A DNA stretch of 64,000 nt from Lama guanicoe (taxonomy: Eukaryota). The notes beneath the pieces are model-generated. The model was not told the DNA's origin, did not search any database, and saw nothing but the letters and a program-made list of their open reading frames with translations. Each line of letters begins with the position of its first letter. Position 1 is the first letter of the stretch. The DNA lies in assembly GCA_013239625.1 (NCBI GenBank), contig MU054391.1, positions 4,049,824-4,113,823 on the forward strand, in the 5' to 3' direction. The position numbers and the translations under genes are program-made. Shown one piece after another: positions 50,591-62,828 of this stretch.

Positions 50591-51750
50591 CTGCATCAGA
50601 ATTCTCCTGGCATTAGTGCGTAAGAATTTATCTAGCCCTTAAAAAATGAGTTCCCAGTGTCCCCATGCATGACGTAGAAATATGTTTGAGCCTCTCAAGA
50701 AACACTCTGGGTGTCGGGTGGCCAGTGACACCAGCATCCTTGAGGACCCACTGCTGTTGGTGCCACCTCCTCGGGACCGCACGACTTGACACCCACCTGT
50801 TCCTGGGCATCATCTGGACATACTCATCTTCTTTTTGTGTCAAGCAACAGGAAAAACGTCATAATGCTGTTGGGGCCACATTTTGAGTTTAGGAACCTTT
50901 TTTTTTTTCTTTAGTAGTGAGTAAATATTTCCAGTATTGATAAAAATACCTAAGGAATTGCTTATAAGTGACAGGCATAAAAGGACCTCCATATTAGGGT
51001 TTTCATTTTTACCACCCATTCAGCACGTCACAGCCACCCTTCAGCACATATTATGTGCATGGATGGATAATTGTGCAGTTCATGCAAACACATTCCAGCG
51101 CAGTGTGTGCGTCAAGATGACCACAGATTGAACAGAGAAAGACAGAAACAGAAAACACAATCAGCCTTTGCTCCATTCGAAACATTTAAACTTACGTGGG
51201 TGTGACTGATAACCAGCCTGCATTAGAAATGTTTCCTTTTGTCAGCATTCTAGCTTTGGTTAAAAAAAAAAAACTAAAAGGAGAAAAGAAATTTCTCAAG
51301 TTAGCCTAGCAAAGCCCTTTTCTAAAGGGCCTATAAATAATTTTAAATTCCTGGTGCTGCCTCAGTCGTGGCTCTTCTGAGCTGCAATGTCGGCTATTTC
51401 TCTGAAACTGGAGTAGTCATTCAAAAATAGTTTCACTCAATTTAACTGCCTATTGAAGCCTCTAAATTACAGATATTAAGCCTCTGGTTTCACAACAAAC
51501 TTAATGAACAGCTCTGACAATCTATAAGCAAGGCCACCGGAAAGCCATGGGCCAGATGGAATCGCAGATTTCACATTTTCCTACTGGCCTGCAATTTTCT
51601 GGCACCTGGATCGACATTCCAGGGACAGACATTATGTCTGGAGCAGTAGCCCCTGCCCTTAATAACTGAATTTGTGTTTTGGAAATGCCCGCGAACCTTC
51701 ATTCACGGTTCTTTGAAACATCAGGGTAAAACTCACTTAGAATATTTAGG

Positions 51751-52513
51751 TGCTAGTTGGAAGGCTAGGTGAGACAGGCAGATGCGGGGCGAGAGGGTGG
51801 CCCAGGCCTCAGCGGAGCCCCTGGGATGTGCCCTGCCAAGCGTGGGTCCTCAGCGTCACAAAGGAAAGAATTCAAGAGCGAGCTACAGTTGAGTAAAGGC
51901 AGACTTACTCAGAGATACATACTCTGTAGACAGAGTACGGGCTGTCTCAGAAGGCAGGAGAAAGTCTACAAGGTGTGGGGGTAGCTGCTTAGTTTAAAGT
52001 GAGAGCACATGTGCATTCTACAGACAGAGAGCGGGCTGTCTGGGAAAGTGATGGGGAGAGAGGCCACGAGGCGTGCGGGCGGGTGTTTCAGTTTAAAGTA
52101 AAAGTAGGTCCACACTCCGTGGACAGAGCGGCCCGTCTCACTCAGAAGGAGAGCAGACACGAGGTGTGGGGGGGTTAGTTTTTGTGGGCCCCACTGCTTC
52201 ACATGCTAACAAGAGGGAAGGTTATTCCAACTTCTCCAGGGAAGGGCCAGGGACCCCCCAGGGATCGGACCGCCACCCCCTTCTTAACCTTTGATGATCA
52301 GACTCAGAACTGTCATGGTGCCTGTGGGAGTGCCTCTCACCACGCCGGTGCATTACAAATTGCGTACAATGAGGCTCAAGATCTCCTGGAAGTCAACTCT
52401 CTTGTCCTCTTGGGCCCCAAGGCTCGCTGGGAGTTGAATCTCCTGCCGTCCTGGTGTTAACTGCTGTGTCATTCCTTGAATGGCTGTGCCCTGCCCCCTT
52501 CCTTCCTGTCTCA
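51751..52513 (-). mobile_element. ERV1 solo LTR, MER41-like
   Basis: aggaaagaattcaagagcgagc, actgtcatggtgcctgtgggagtg and terminal cctgtctca resemble MER41-group LTRs; left edge could be 51751 or 51770; no clean TSD. Confidence 0.8.
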
Positions 52514-53039
52514 ATCTAAGGAGAGTCTTTGAGAGGAAATGCATCTCAGGTGGAACAGGGGCTATGGGAGCAGGCAGGGCAAAGCAGAAGCATGGAATGA
52601 AGAAGGAATTCTGCCAAATCAGGAGGGGTGAGGTAAGGAAGAAACATACAAACTTAGCAAAAGAAAAGAAGACAATTCGAAAGTCAAGGTATTCCCCCAG
52701 CCCCAAGGAACTCTGAATTATCTCTTGGGAAAACCAGCACTGGTGGCTTTTTTTTTTTTCTAAATATCCCATATATCTGCTTAATAGTGACTTTGAGGGG
52801 AATGTGGTTAATCGCTGAGCGAGTCCTTCCCGCAGCCTGAAACGTGGCCAGGTGTCAATGGCACGCCTGGTCGCAGTGGATGGGCTGATGGTGAATTAAC
52901 TGTCATCACATGTTCCCACGCTCCAATTGCTCACGGACCACAGCCGCTATGCCCCGGGGTATCATAAAGCCTCCTATTTGGATAAAACACATATCCCTCC
53001 TTTCTCCCCCCATCTTTATATTTCTCAGGCTGTATAATA

Positions 53040-53178
53040 ATTATTTTTCAGCAGTTTCTTTTCCTTAGAGTAGACAGTGCACTCCTGAAGAAGACTGGTC
53101 TTATCTACATCCTTATTCCCTGTGTTAACAGGAGGCCTGGGACAGTGAAATCTTAGGAAGTGTTGGTTGTCTAAATGC
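53040..53178 (+). mobile_element. L2 3' end
   Basis: tagacagtgcactcctgaagaagactggtctt...gcctgggacag...tgttggttgtctaaatg. Confidence 0.7.
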
Positions 53179-54074
53179 AGGGTCCAAATTCCACAGGCAA
53201 ATTGACTGATTTCCTCTTACGATAATCATAACACATATAAAACGTGGATTTTTATTGGAAGGACAGAAGAGTGTCCAAAGGAGAAGCCAAAATACGACTT
53301 CAAAGTTTGTGAACGACAAAGAACAGCAGTGGGGATGGTCAGCAGTACTGAGTTCTTCCTTTGAAGGAATTCATGAGCACCATTTCCTCTAAGCAGTCTC
53401 TGCTTGACGCGTTGCAGACATCAGAAGTGGGTCATCTGGCAGGAAGCAGGCAGTAGGTCTCCTGGGTCCCTGTGGAGTCAAGCACATTTGGTGGAAACCA
53501 GAGGAAATTCCATCAGCATTGTATATTTCAGACAGAAATTCTTATTTTAAAAAAGCACCGCAGGAGGCTTTGATAGCATAGGCTAGAGCACACAGTGCAA
53601 ACACCCTATGCCACAGATGGAGAGATGGAGACCGCGTCAGAGAAGTGAGTCCACCTCGCCAGCCAGCTCGGGTCGCCGTGTGATTCATGTCGTGCCTCCC
53701 AACCGGGAGTCCCTGCCACCCTTGGAATACCAAAAACTGCCAGAGGAGGCATGAGGGCTATTTTCATGTTTTCAGAAAACCTAATGGAAACTGGATTTTT
53801 GTATCCACTGAGCTGTCAAAATAGCAAAAAATTAAGTTGTACTGTAGGCGAGGAGGGAGCTGATGTTTCTTTACTTTTGGCTGAAATTAGGGTGATATGA
53901 TTTAGCCAAAATCATTATTGATGAACTGGTAGGTGGTGACGTGCCAATGTCTAAATTATGAAGAATGACCTATATTATTTATTAAATGTACTTTTTTGTT
54001 GTTTAAGGTAACTTAAAGGAAAAAAATTTTTTTTTGAGAAGAGTATGAAATTTCTTCATGAGAGAAAATCATCT

Positions 54075-54432
54075 GTGACCAAGGAAATGCTCACCAAATA
54101 TTCATCTCTCCTCCCCGACTTGTCCTGACCTCCCGCTGTTAGACAGGGTCAAACAATCATGTCTTACCCATAAAACATGAGCAAAAGTGATTGTGTCTCA
54201 TTTCTGCCCTGAGATAGTAAAGAGCTTGTACAATCTTCTCATGTTTCTTTGCTCTGCTGCAATGAGTAAAGAATGTTCCAAATGGGGGAGGGTCATCTTC
54301 ACCTCCCTAAGCCCTGCCAACCGTTTTAGCATGTGTAGCAGGAGTAAGAAACAAACTCTTGTTGTGTTAAACCACAGAGAAGTGGAGTGGTTTGTAACTT
54401 CAGCATACTCTAGAACATCCTAAGTCAGGATC
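54075..54432 (+). mobile_element. ERVL-MaLR LTR (MLT1I/J-like)
   Basis: atgctcaccaaatattc...catgagcaaaagtgat...gagtaagaaacaaactcttgttgtgttaaaccacagaga...tttgtaacttcagcata. Confidence 0.82.
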
Positions 54433-54449
54433 AAACAATTATCCAATAC

Positions 54450-54680
54450 CGAACACATAACTGCCCTGTCAACTGCTTTGATAGCTGTTCCATTTAATTT
54501 TTACAAAGTCTATGATGGAGATGTGGTCTCCACTCTTGTGTAGAATCTATAGATGAGGAAACCAAGAATCAGTGAGTGTCCATTCACTTCCAGGATCCTG
54601 CGGGTAACAGATAGCTGCAACAGGACTGGAACCCATTCTGCCAGACCCCGCCACCCACAAGCTTGCTCCAGGACATGGAT
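54450..54680 (-). mobile_element. MIR SINE
   Basis: tatagatgaggaaaccaagaatcag...caggactggaacccattctg. Confidence 0.75.
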
Positions 54681-57600
54681 GAGCAATTAACAACTGCTGA
54701 GACAGCAGCAGAGTCCTCCTGAGTTCAAATCCTCTACTGGTGACTTCTTTTCCTCCCGAAGCTCTGCATTTCTGCCCTCCAGGAGATTCCAGTCTCTTTC
54801 CTGGGGCTCCAATTTATCGGTCACTCTATACACCGAAGCCAAGACCTGAATCAACTTTTTTTTTTTTAAAACAAGGACAAAGGGAACCCTCCACTGTCAA
54901 CATCATTATTACCATTAAAGTGCATATAATACCTTTCCTTTTGTCAAATTAACAACTAGGAGATTCCTCTTCCTATCCGCAACCTTCAATTTCGTGTCAA
55001 ATATATCAATCATTGTGTCGACCTTTACAAAGGAAAGCTAACAGAGTTTACTGTGGCGTTTTCTATGACATGCATCCCGTCACATACAGAGCCAGATTTG
55101 CATACGTTCCGCTGATTATTGAAAGAAGGTCTTTCTTCCCCTCCCCCACCTCCTATTCAATTATGAGTCTATGTTCTCTTGCTTCAAGGAGGTCATGCAT
55201 TGCCGGGGAGGTGAAATGTAACAGGCAGCAGTGTCTGGAAGAGATTTATGTGGAGATGGAGGTGGTCTGCACTGCTCTCAGACTGATTAAATAAAGGATG
55301 CTGTGGGAGTGGAATGAGGCTGTATGCATACTTTAGTAAATGAAAGTAATGCATTAGAATGCAGCTTTAGGGTCTAATTTAAAAATAGAATTCAAGCACC
55401 AGGAGAAGCCTTTAGAATATTGGCAGATGTCTGTATGCCACATTTCATATAGAGGACAAAGTGGATTAAGAGACAAGTGTAATCCACAGAACAGTTCACT
55501 AGCGCTTTAGTTTCTTTCAAATGCATCTTTATTTAAAGAGGATTTTATGTCTATTTTTTCCTATGCTATTGCAAAATTGCTGGAAAGCAACCTTGGAGAC
55601 CATCTCAAACTGTTAATTCACGTATAAATTGTCCATTCCTTCATCCTCTCATCCAACGTTGATTTAGAACCTACTATTTGTAGACTGTAAAATGGGGACT
55701 GTTACCTTCAGGGGAAACGTGGCAGTGACTTTCCCTTTGGAATCTTATGGCCTTGTCCAAGGGGTTCACCCCAGGGGATGGCTCTTCCTAGAAACGCCTC
55801 CCTTTTGCCCTTGAAGTGATGATGGGGCGTGGCTGTTCTCTCTCCTTCCAGTTTTATTTCCCCCTGTGGTGTTTTATCAGATCCTGCATTTCTAAACCTG
55901 CTTCCCTTTACCCTGATCCTCCAATTTTTAAGTCAGTTCAAATGCCAAGCAAAATGCTGACTTAAGAATTGTCCTGCTGTCTGGGGATGAACTGGGGAGA
56001 GATTTATCAGCTGGGGAGGTTTTTGTGATACTCCAGGGAGGAAACGGTTTCCAAAGCTACCTATTTTGTAACGCTGAGATGGAAGGGTTGCCAGCCTTTT
56101 CCCGTTGAGTGTAATTCCCGCTGACCAAGGGGAAGAGCCAGAGAGGAGAGCATTGCTGACCTGAGAGCTTAAGGGACTCACGGCTCCCCTTGGACACATT
56201 ACTTTAACTTGTGATGGGGTTTTCTTTCTGAGATGTTTACAGGATGAAATATCTGAAGGGATTTTGCCCCTAGACAAATCTGACCGGGCATGGGGTTCAT
56301 TAGTGATCTAAAGCTGCCACTCACCTAGTTAGGAGAAAAATAAAACAGAAAAGTCACCTTGAAAATCGATTTCCTCATAAGCTCTAAGGTTGTAAGTGCA
56401 AGAAATACCCTTGATCTGTTTCCCTTAAAATGAATCAGCAAGCTAAACAGAAAACTGTTGAATCTAATTCTCTACAACATTTTGGTTCTATCTATGAAAA
56501 TTATTAGGAAATGGTTTTCTGTTAGAGCAAAGAACCTAAAAACAAGTTAAAAATTAGAGCCAGCCCCAACCCACAACCAACTGTAAACTTGGAATGGCCT
56601 TAAACATGATGGTCTGTGTCTTTTTCTCCTTCTGAAGTGACAACTCAGAGAAGAGAAGGGGGTGGATCTGGTGGTCACAGCTGGAAGCCACAGAGGTAGG
56701 ATGGACACTTTGTCTCCTGGTCCCCTGACCCCCTTCCTCTACCTTCTTCAGACCTAATAATTGCTTGAGATCAGCAGATTCTCTGAAGCATGACTTTGGT
56801 CACAATAAGAGCAACTGTCTGGTTTATCCAGTCCATGTCAGTGTGTAGGACCCAGCTTGGAAGTTACCCATCAAAGTCTGAATGCACAGAAAATGTACAC
56901 TTCTACAGGGCAGGGAATATTTCTCTCTTTTGTATAGAATTTCACCATCGGCAGAGGAACATGCAATACATATGACTTGTGTCTTCTCAGATGGGTACAC
57001 AAGAAATGCTTTGATGATAAAGTAGAATTGCCCTCTGAGATTTACTTTAAAAGTGTATATTTAAGAACATAGCTCCTGTGGAAATGAACAGACTTTTAAT
57101 ATTTTTCCTGGAGCCCTTTGTTTAGAGGCTACAATATTTAATGTATTGAAAATGGCTTTGAATTTTTAGTACTATGACTTTTGTGAAATACCGAGGAAGG
57201 CAATAAAGCTATCTGTGCCACAAACAAAATTTCTCACTATTTTTCATGTAAATTAGGGCCCTGCTGCTTTTTTGCTGGTCCTGAATACAGAGAAAAGAGG
57301 CTATCCTTTCCCTTTTTTGAAAGATGCATTTCAATGGATCGGTCTCTCAAAGATGCGAAGTGAATCTCTCCTTTAAAGTTTCTGCTACTGAGAGGAAAGG
57401 GAGCCCCTTCTTCACATGTTCCCACAGTTGCACGTGGAAAATGGGGCTCCAGGAAAGAGAACAATAAGAATAGGTTATTATAAAACATGGAAAGCAGTGG
57501 CCTCGTCCAGCAGCTCATTCAGGCAGGGGGTACCCTCAGGACTGAGTAGGGGTCTGCCGCTCCAATTCCCAAGCAAGCCTGGGTTGAGTGAGCCACGGAA

Positions 57601-57767
57601 TGTCAAGAGAAAGATGAATTTATCTTCTGTTTCTTCAGACAGGCTATGAGCTATTTTTTTTAATTGACCAGACTTTCTAATGTTTCTTTACTATCAGGAC
57701 CAAAAATTGTGTTTACTTGTATTTTCTTATAATCTTCCACATTAAAGTTAAAAATAAGCCAAAACAG

Positions 57768-57865
57768 GATGTGAGTATAGCTCAGGGATAGAGCGTATGC
57801 TTAGCATGCATGAGGTCCTGGGTTCGATCCCCGGTGCCTCCATTAAAAAATGATAATAATTTAAA
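57768..57865 (+). mobile_element. tRNA-Ala(AGC)-derived SINE (camelid vic-1 type) with TSD
   Basis: gtatagctcagggatagagcgtatgcttagcatgcatgaggtcctgggttcgatccccggtgcctcca plus A-rich tail; TSD aagccaaaacag at 57756-57767 and 57870-57881. Confidence 0.95.
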
Positions 57866-57882
57866 GACCAAGCCAAAACAGC

Positions 57883-57985
57883 TGTTGTGAGTTGAACCAT
57901 GCTCCCCCCAAATGCATGTGTTAAAGTATGGCTGTGACTTTATTAATAAGGCCGTTGTCAGTGTGATCAGTTAAGATGCAGTCAA
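57883..57985 (+). mobile_element. MLT1A/B-like LTR 5' fragment
   Basis: tgttgtgagttgaac...ccccaaatgcatgtgttaaagt...tgtgatcagttaagatg. Confidence 0.75.
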
Positions 57986-59514
57986 AGGAAGTTTTAATGG
58001 CTTTTACTTACAGTTTGTTTGTTTGTTTAATCCCACAGAATAAACTTTTAAAACCACTTACAGCAGCCTGGAAGGTCCTTGGAAATAGGTTCCAATAGAA
58101 TAAAATACCATTTGCTTTTTGGTTTTGAATCTCTCCATATCAGAGCCGCAAAATATGTAAGTAAAAAGTCCTTCTAATCCACCTGCTGGTGCATCAGCCC
58201 CAGACTTACATCAAGCCCTGCCCCTCCCACGCACAGCCAGAGATGAGCGCAGTTTCAAAAAGTGATTTTTACAGGAGGGCCTTGTAAGTTTTTCCCCAGA
58301 TTTATGCCAAGCATTGGAACCCACACAATTACTATAGGTATCAAAAAGCCAATATATTTTCTCTCATTAGCTTTATAAATCTTGAAGTTGCTTTGACTTA
58401 ATCTTTATTTCTTATTTATACATGGCCTGACCTGATTATACTTGATTTTTTGCAAAGGCAGCTTATAATAAAAAAAAAAAAACAGGTATGATTAAAACCC
58501 CTAAAGACAACACACTAAGTGAGAAGGAGAAAGAGCAAGAACAAAAAAGTAAGGGGTGAAGAAAGGATGTTCAACACAGACACAGGGCGCTGAGCTTCCT
58601 GTGGAGGATAATCTTATGAATTACATAACATCCACTATTTAATTTTAAAAAATGCAGTCTGCTTCACAGGAGAGAAGCCATGTCCAGTCCCAAAGTCTTG
58701 GGAAATAAATATGTCATGAAAATCTTTATGTAGGTGACATTCAGACTATGATAGAATGAATCTTCACTAACCATTCTTCAACATGACTCTTCAAACTGTC
58801 TTCAACATGGAGACAAACCCCACGGGTCTGTTTCTTAACTGGCCTCCAGTGACAGCCAGCGGACAGTGGACAGGACCGGACAGTCCTGTGAAGAAGGATT
58901 GGTGCTGATGCTGGAGGCGGTGCGTGTTGGGATGAGGGGATAACGGGGTCTGCTTCTGGAGTGTAGATGCTTTCCTAATCTGACTTCAGTTACGAACAAA
59001 GCCTGGAGAATCTGGGAAAGTGAAGAGTCAACACGATTCTTAGAGCATGCCTTTGGGATACCAGTTGTCTCAGATGGGCTCGTGACAGGAATAGCGCGCC
59101 AGACTCCTCGAGTGGCTGCCACTTGGGAGAACCAGAAGGGCAGGCGTTTGTGTCATTGACTGAAAGCAGATCAATATGCTCTACCAAGCCGAGAGAAAAC
59201 AACTCGCTCTTTTTGCGGGAAATGTGGAAGATTCTGACATGGAGCCTTGCCTGACGGCATGTTCCCCAGGTCTCTGGGGGAGGGATGAGCGTACTGGCAG
59301 CAGGGCCGGACCGTTTCCAGGAGCAGCTACGGCCCCCTTCCCACCGCAGCAGAGCACCTGCGTTACAGGGGGGTGTGCGCGTGCGAAGACTGTCAACCTG
59401 TGACGCTCAAGGGGAAGGGGATAATAAACCAAAAGGCCAGGGCGATAAAAATAAAACCAGATGTTGTTTCTCTTTGGTTTGATTTTTTTTAATAACAAGT
59501 CTAATTTAAAAAGA

Positions 59515-60425
59515 GGAAACATAAACCTGTAGTAAGAGTATTTATCAAAAACCAACAGCAAATATGATACTAAATGGAGAATTGTTAAGAAAAGTCCCAC
59601 TGAGATCAAGAAAAAATACGAGCACACCAGTTATTCAAATGTATGCTCTACCAAGTACGTCATATTAAATGCAAAAGCAAACATGTGTGTCCCATTTGAA
59701 ATAAACCTCATTTTATTGGGAAATATAAAGAAGGTTTAAGAATGAGGAGTCTTACTCCTAATTAAAATGCCACTCTCCAAAACAAATGATTCAGTCTAAT
59801 AAAATTTCAATCATAATCTTAACAAGGGTCTACTTGGAAACTAGACAAACTGAATATAAAATTTAGATGTAAGAATAAGTGTGTGAGAGTTGCCAAGAAC
59901 AATGTGAAATATATGCATAATTGAGGTGGGTTTGTCCTGTCAGATATTAACATAGTCTAAGAAGCTACTATTATAAGCTCCTTATTTAAAAATGTTAATA
60001 AAATTGCTAAATCTCTCATCAACTGATAAAGAAAAATAAAGAAGACGCAATTTACTAGCACCAGGAATGAAAGGATGGAAAGGACCGCAGATCCCACAGA
60101 GGCTAAAGGATAAAGGAAAAACTTTACAATAGTTTCAATTTAACAGGCAAGTTCCTTGAAAGACACAAACTATCAAAGCTCATTCTCAAATAATTAAGAA
60201 ACCTAAGAAACCTTACTTATATCTAGTAAGAATTTGAACTAATATTATAAAGCCTTCCTACAGGGAAATCTCCAGAACTGGATGGCTTCCCTGGGAACTT
60301 CTCCCTAATACTTAAGGAAGAAATCATATCAGTTCTTCCAGAATTCAGAATCTCTAACAGATGGGAACAGATTCTAAAACATGTTAGTGGCCATGATCGC
60401 TCTGATACCAAAAGCAGAAAAAGAT
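59515..60425 (+). mobile_element. Old L1 ORF2 fragments (at least two pieces, out of order)
   Basis: aaaaccaacagcaaatatgatactaaatggaga (KPTANMILNGE) and aaatctccagaactggatggcttccctggg (KSPELDGFPG). Confidence 0.82.
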
Positions 60426-60429
60426 TAAA

Positions 60430-60655
60430 TTATGTTGGTTTTGCCTTTGACAGGAAGTCATATGAATGAAGTCATACAGTAGGTAGCTTTGAGCTGCTAG
60501 AACCTTTCTCTTGGCTTTCGTGTGTTTGTTTGTGTGATACATACATGTGACTGCATGTATATGGTTTTGTTCGATTTTATTGCTAAATAGTATTCCATTT
60601 TACAGATAATGTACAATTTGTTTATCCATTCATCAGTCGACAGGATTTAGGTCCC
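60430..60655 (-). mobile_element. Old L1 3' fragment
   Basis: ttttattgctaaatagtattccatt...aatttgtttatccattcatcagtcga. Confidence 0.8.
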
Positions 60656-61540
60656 AGGATTGACACAAATTACCATTCTAAATATATTTACATCCTCATT
60701 GAGATATAAAAGAAATGCTGATAGATGCTGCAGCCTTCCTATAATCTGTAATCTGTATCCCATAGCCAACAAGGGGTAAAAATAACGAGCAAGATATGAC
60801 AGTTTTTGTCATGAAGAGAAGAAACCAGTTAAAGAAACCTTTCAAACACTTCCAGTCAGATTGACATTACCTTAAGTAACAAATTACTTGTAACCTTGAA
60901 TCTTTTGGGTCCTGCTATGTAGTCATTTTCAAAACTCAGTCATTTAAATGATTCCTCTGCTGTCTTTTACCCCCAGATCACCCACAAGTCCTTAAAGAGT
61001 CTGCTGATCTTTCTCAGGATGTGCTCTATATTTTTAAATAATTATTCCTACTATTCCTTCACCAAATTAAAATCTTTGAAAATTCCCTTAGTTCTTAACT
61101 TAAAATTAACAATATCCTGCAACTAGGCTACAAATTCTCTTCCCAGACTCAATTTTCCTTTTTTTCAGTTATCTCCCAAGTGGTCTGTTTCAGGTAAATG
61201 ATTTTGCTTATTTTAAGTATATACTTTAATATTTTTAAAGGTCAAACCATTGTCTGTACAGTTTGTCTTCATCCTGAAAGACCCAGACTCCTCCTGTTCT
61301 GTTTGCCCAGATGTTACCCTCAATCTCATCACAGACACAAATTTCCAAGTAAACTGTACCTGGCTTTTCCCACCTGGGAATGACTTCTCTTTATTCTTTT
61401 CTTGTATTCTTTATAATAACATATTTAAATAATACATTTAAACCCTACAATGTGAAAGTGATAGATAACTTGTGAACATAATCAAGTTTTTGTTTGTTGA
61501 TTTGCTTCTTACTTTCTTTCTTAGTTACAAAATTCTCTAC

Positions 61541-62076
61541 TGTATTGGTGTCTTGGGGAAGTGGGGTTTGCCTCTTTCTATAGAATATGAGAATGTTAGG
61601 TACTCGATTTCCCAGACTCCCTTGTTACGGGGGTAGGAGCATGTGATCAGTTTAGCCAATCAGGGAGCATGTGATCAAGCTTAGCCAATCAGGGAGCATG
61701 TGATCAAGCTCAGCCAATCAGACACAGCCACCCAGGAATTTGAATCAGGGCAGAGCAGTGCAAAGAAGCACAGGGAAGGTTTCAACCTGGCAGCAATGAC
61801 ACCAGCAGTGGCAACAGCCACATTAGGTGCACAAGGGATGGAGGCAGCCATCTCAGCAATAGCGGCCACTATCCACTGTTGGCAGCTCTGCCCAGGGAGG
61901 CCCCGTCATTCTCAACTTTGCAGTGATTTTCGCTGTGATGCTGGCTGCCTGTGCTCTCTACAATACCGCATTTTTTTCTCATCACGTTTCTTTAGCCTTC
62001 TGGAAACTTTACTAAGTACTCATGCATTGTCTTGTTTAAATAAATCCCTTTTTCTGTTAAAGTCAGCTTGCTCACA
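61541..62076 (+). mobile_element. ERVL-type solo LTR (LTR16-like)
   Basis: Starts TGT; atttcccagactcccttg...gagcatgtga...agccaatcag; ends aataaatccctttttctgttaaagtcagc. Confidence 0.8.
61636..61721. repeat. 3 x 28-29 bp tandem repeat within the LTR
   Basis: ggagcatgtgatcagtttagccaatcag / ggagcatgtgatcaagcttagccaatcag / ggagcatgtgatcaagctcagccaatcag. Confidence 0.97.
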
Positions 62077-62099
62077 GTGCAGAATCCCTATCAGAGCTG

Positions 62100-62210
62100 C
62101 AATATCACTTACAGCAAGTAGTTGCAAAAGTGCTGTAAAGGGGGTGTTAATATTCCCTCCTGCATATGCAGAAACTGAAGCCCAGAGAGGACATATAACT
62201 TGTCTAAATT
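62100..62210 (-). mobile_element. MIR SINE fragment
   Basis: tatgcagaaactgaagcccagagaggacatataacttgtctaa. Confidence 0.8.
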
Positions 62211-62828
62211 ATTGGCTTGGCGTTTATTATTTATTAACATTAGTAGTAAGTATCAAGTATATCCTACAGGGGGAGGATCATATTGAGAGAAAGTCATAAA
62301 ATAGCAAGTTGCCTGAGATTTGAAAAATAAGGCAAGTGATTAAATAACAATTAAAAAAATCAGAAACAATCCTTCAAATCAAGTTTAAGGTCAATATCTC
62401 TGGTGACATATCTGGCTTTATTCATGTTTCCTAACACCGATGCTATTTCAGGCTGACAAATTTCCTAGTTTCTCTCCTGCAGAGGGTGACGAGGGAGGAA
62501 GGAGGAAGAGAGGAGACACGAGCACAGCTGCACTGAAATTGTAGTCATCAGAGGGAGTGGGCACAAAATATTGTGTCAGTGGCTAGTAAACACTGACTAA
62601 AGAGCCACAAGATTTCTTGAGAACCTACCTCTTTCAAACCTTGTAGCTTACAAAGACCACAAAGCTTCCATACCACCTGTTAAACAAGATCTCACAAATT
62701 CTATGAACCAACATTTAGAAAACACTTTTTTTTTAAACTAACAATTTTGAAAAGTAGTACTCCTCTTTTCTCAAGAAGTAGGATGTGGCAGGCTCTGAGA
62801 GATGTTTGGGAAACACGTGCTTCACCCA

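Noticed and set aside
50770..50843. Possible minus-strand micro-exon (EDEYVQMMPRNR, CAG|GTGGGT)
   Set aside because: No convincing acceptor and no partner exons
57768..57842. tRNA-Ala(AGC) gene
   Set aside because: A-rich tail, 12-bp TSD, acceptor-stem mismatches and a second diverged copy in the window indicate a SINE
58835..59403. Cluster of overlapping ORFs in unique DNA
   Set aside because: No splice-site pair, codon signature or homology recognised
59988..60655. Second twin-primed L1
   Set aside because: Plus-then-minus tail-to-tail geometry with no A-tail or TSD does not fit; treated as separate or rearranged old fragments
61636..61721. CRISPR-like 29-bp direct repeats
   Set aside because: No spacers, no cas genes, mammalian context
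61700..62299. 199-aa ORF with an Ala-rich segment
   Set aside because: Lies in an LTR and a MIR; non-ATG start
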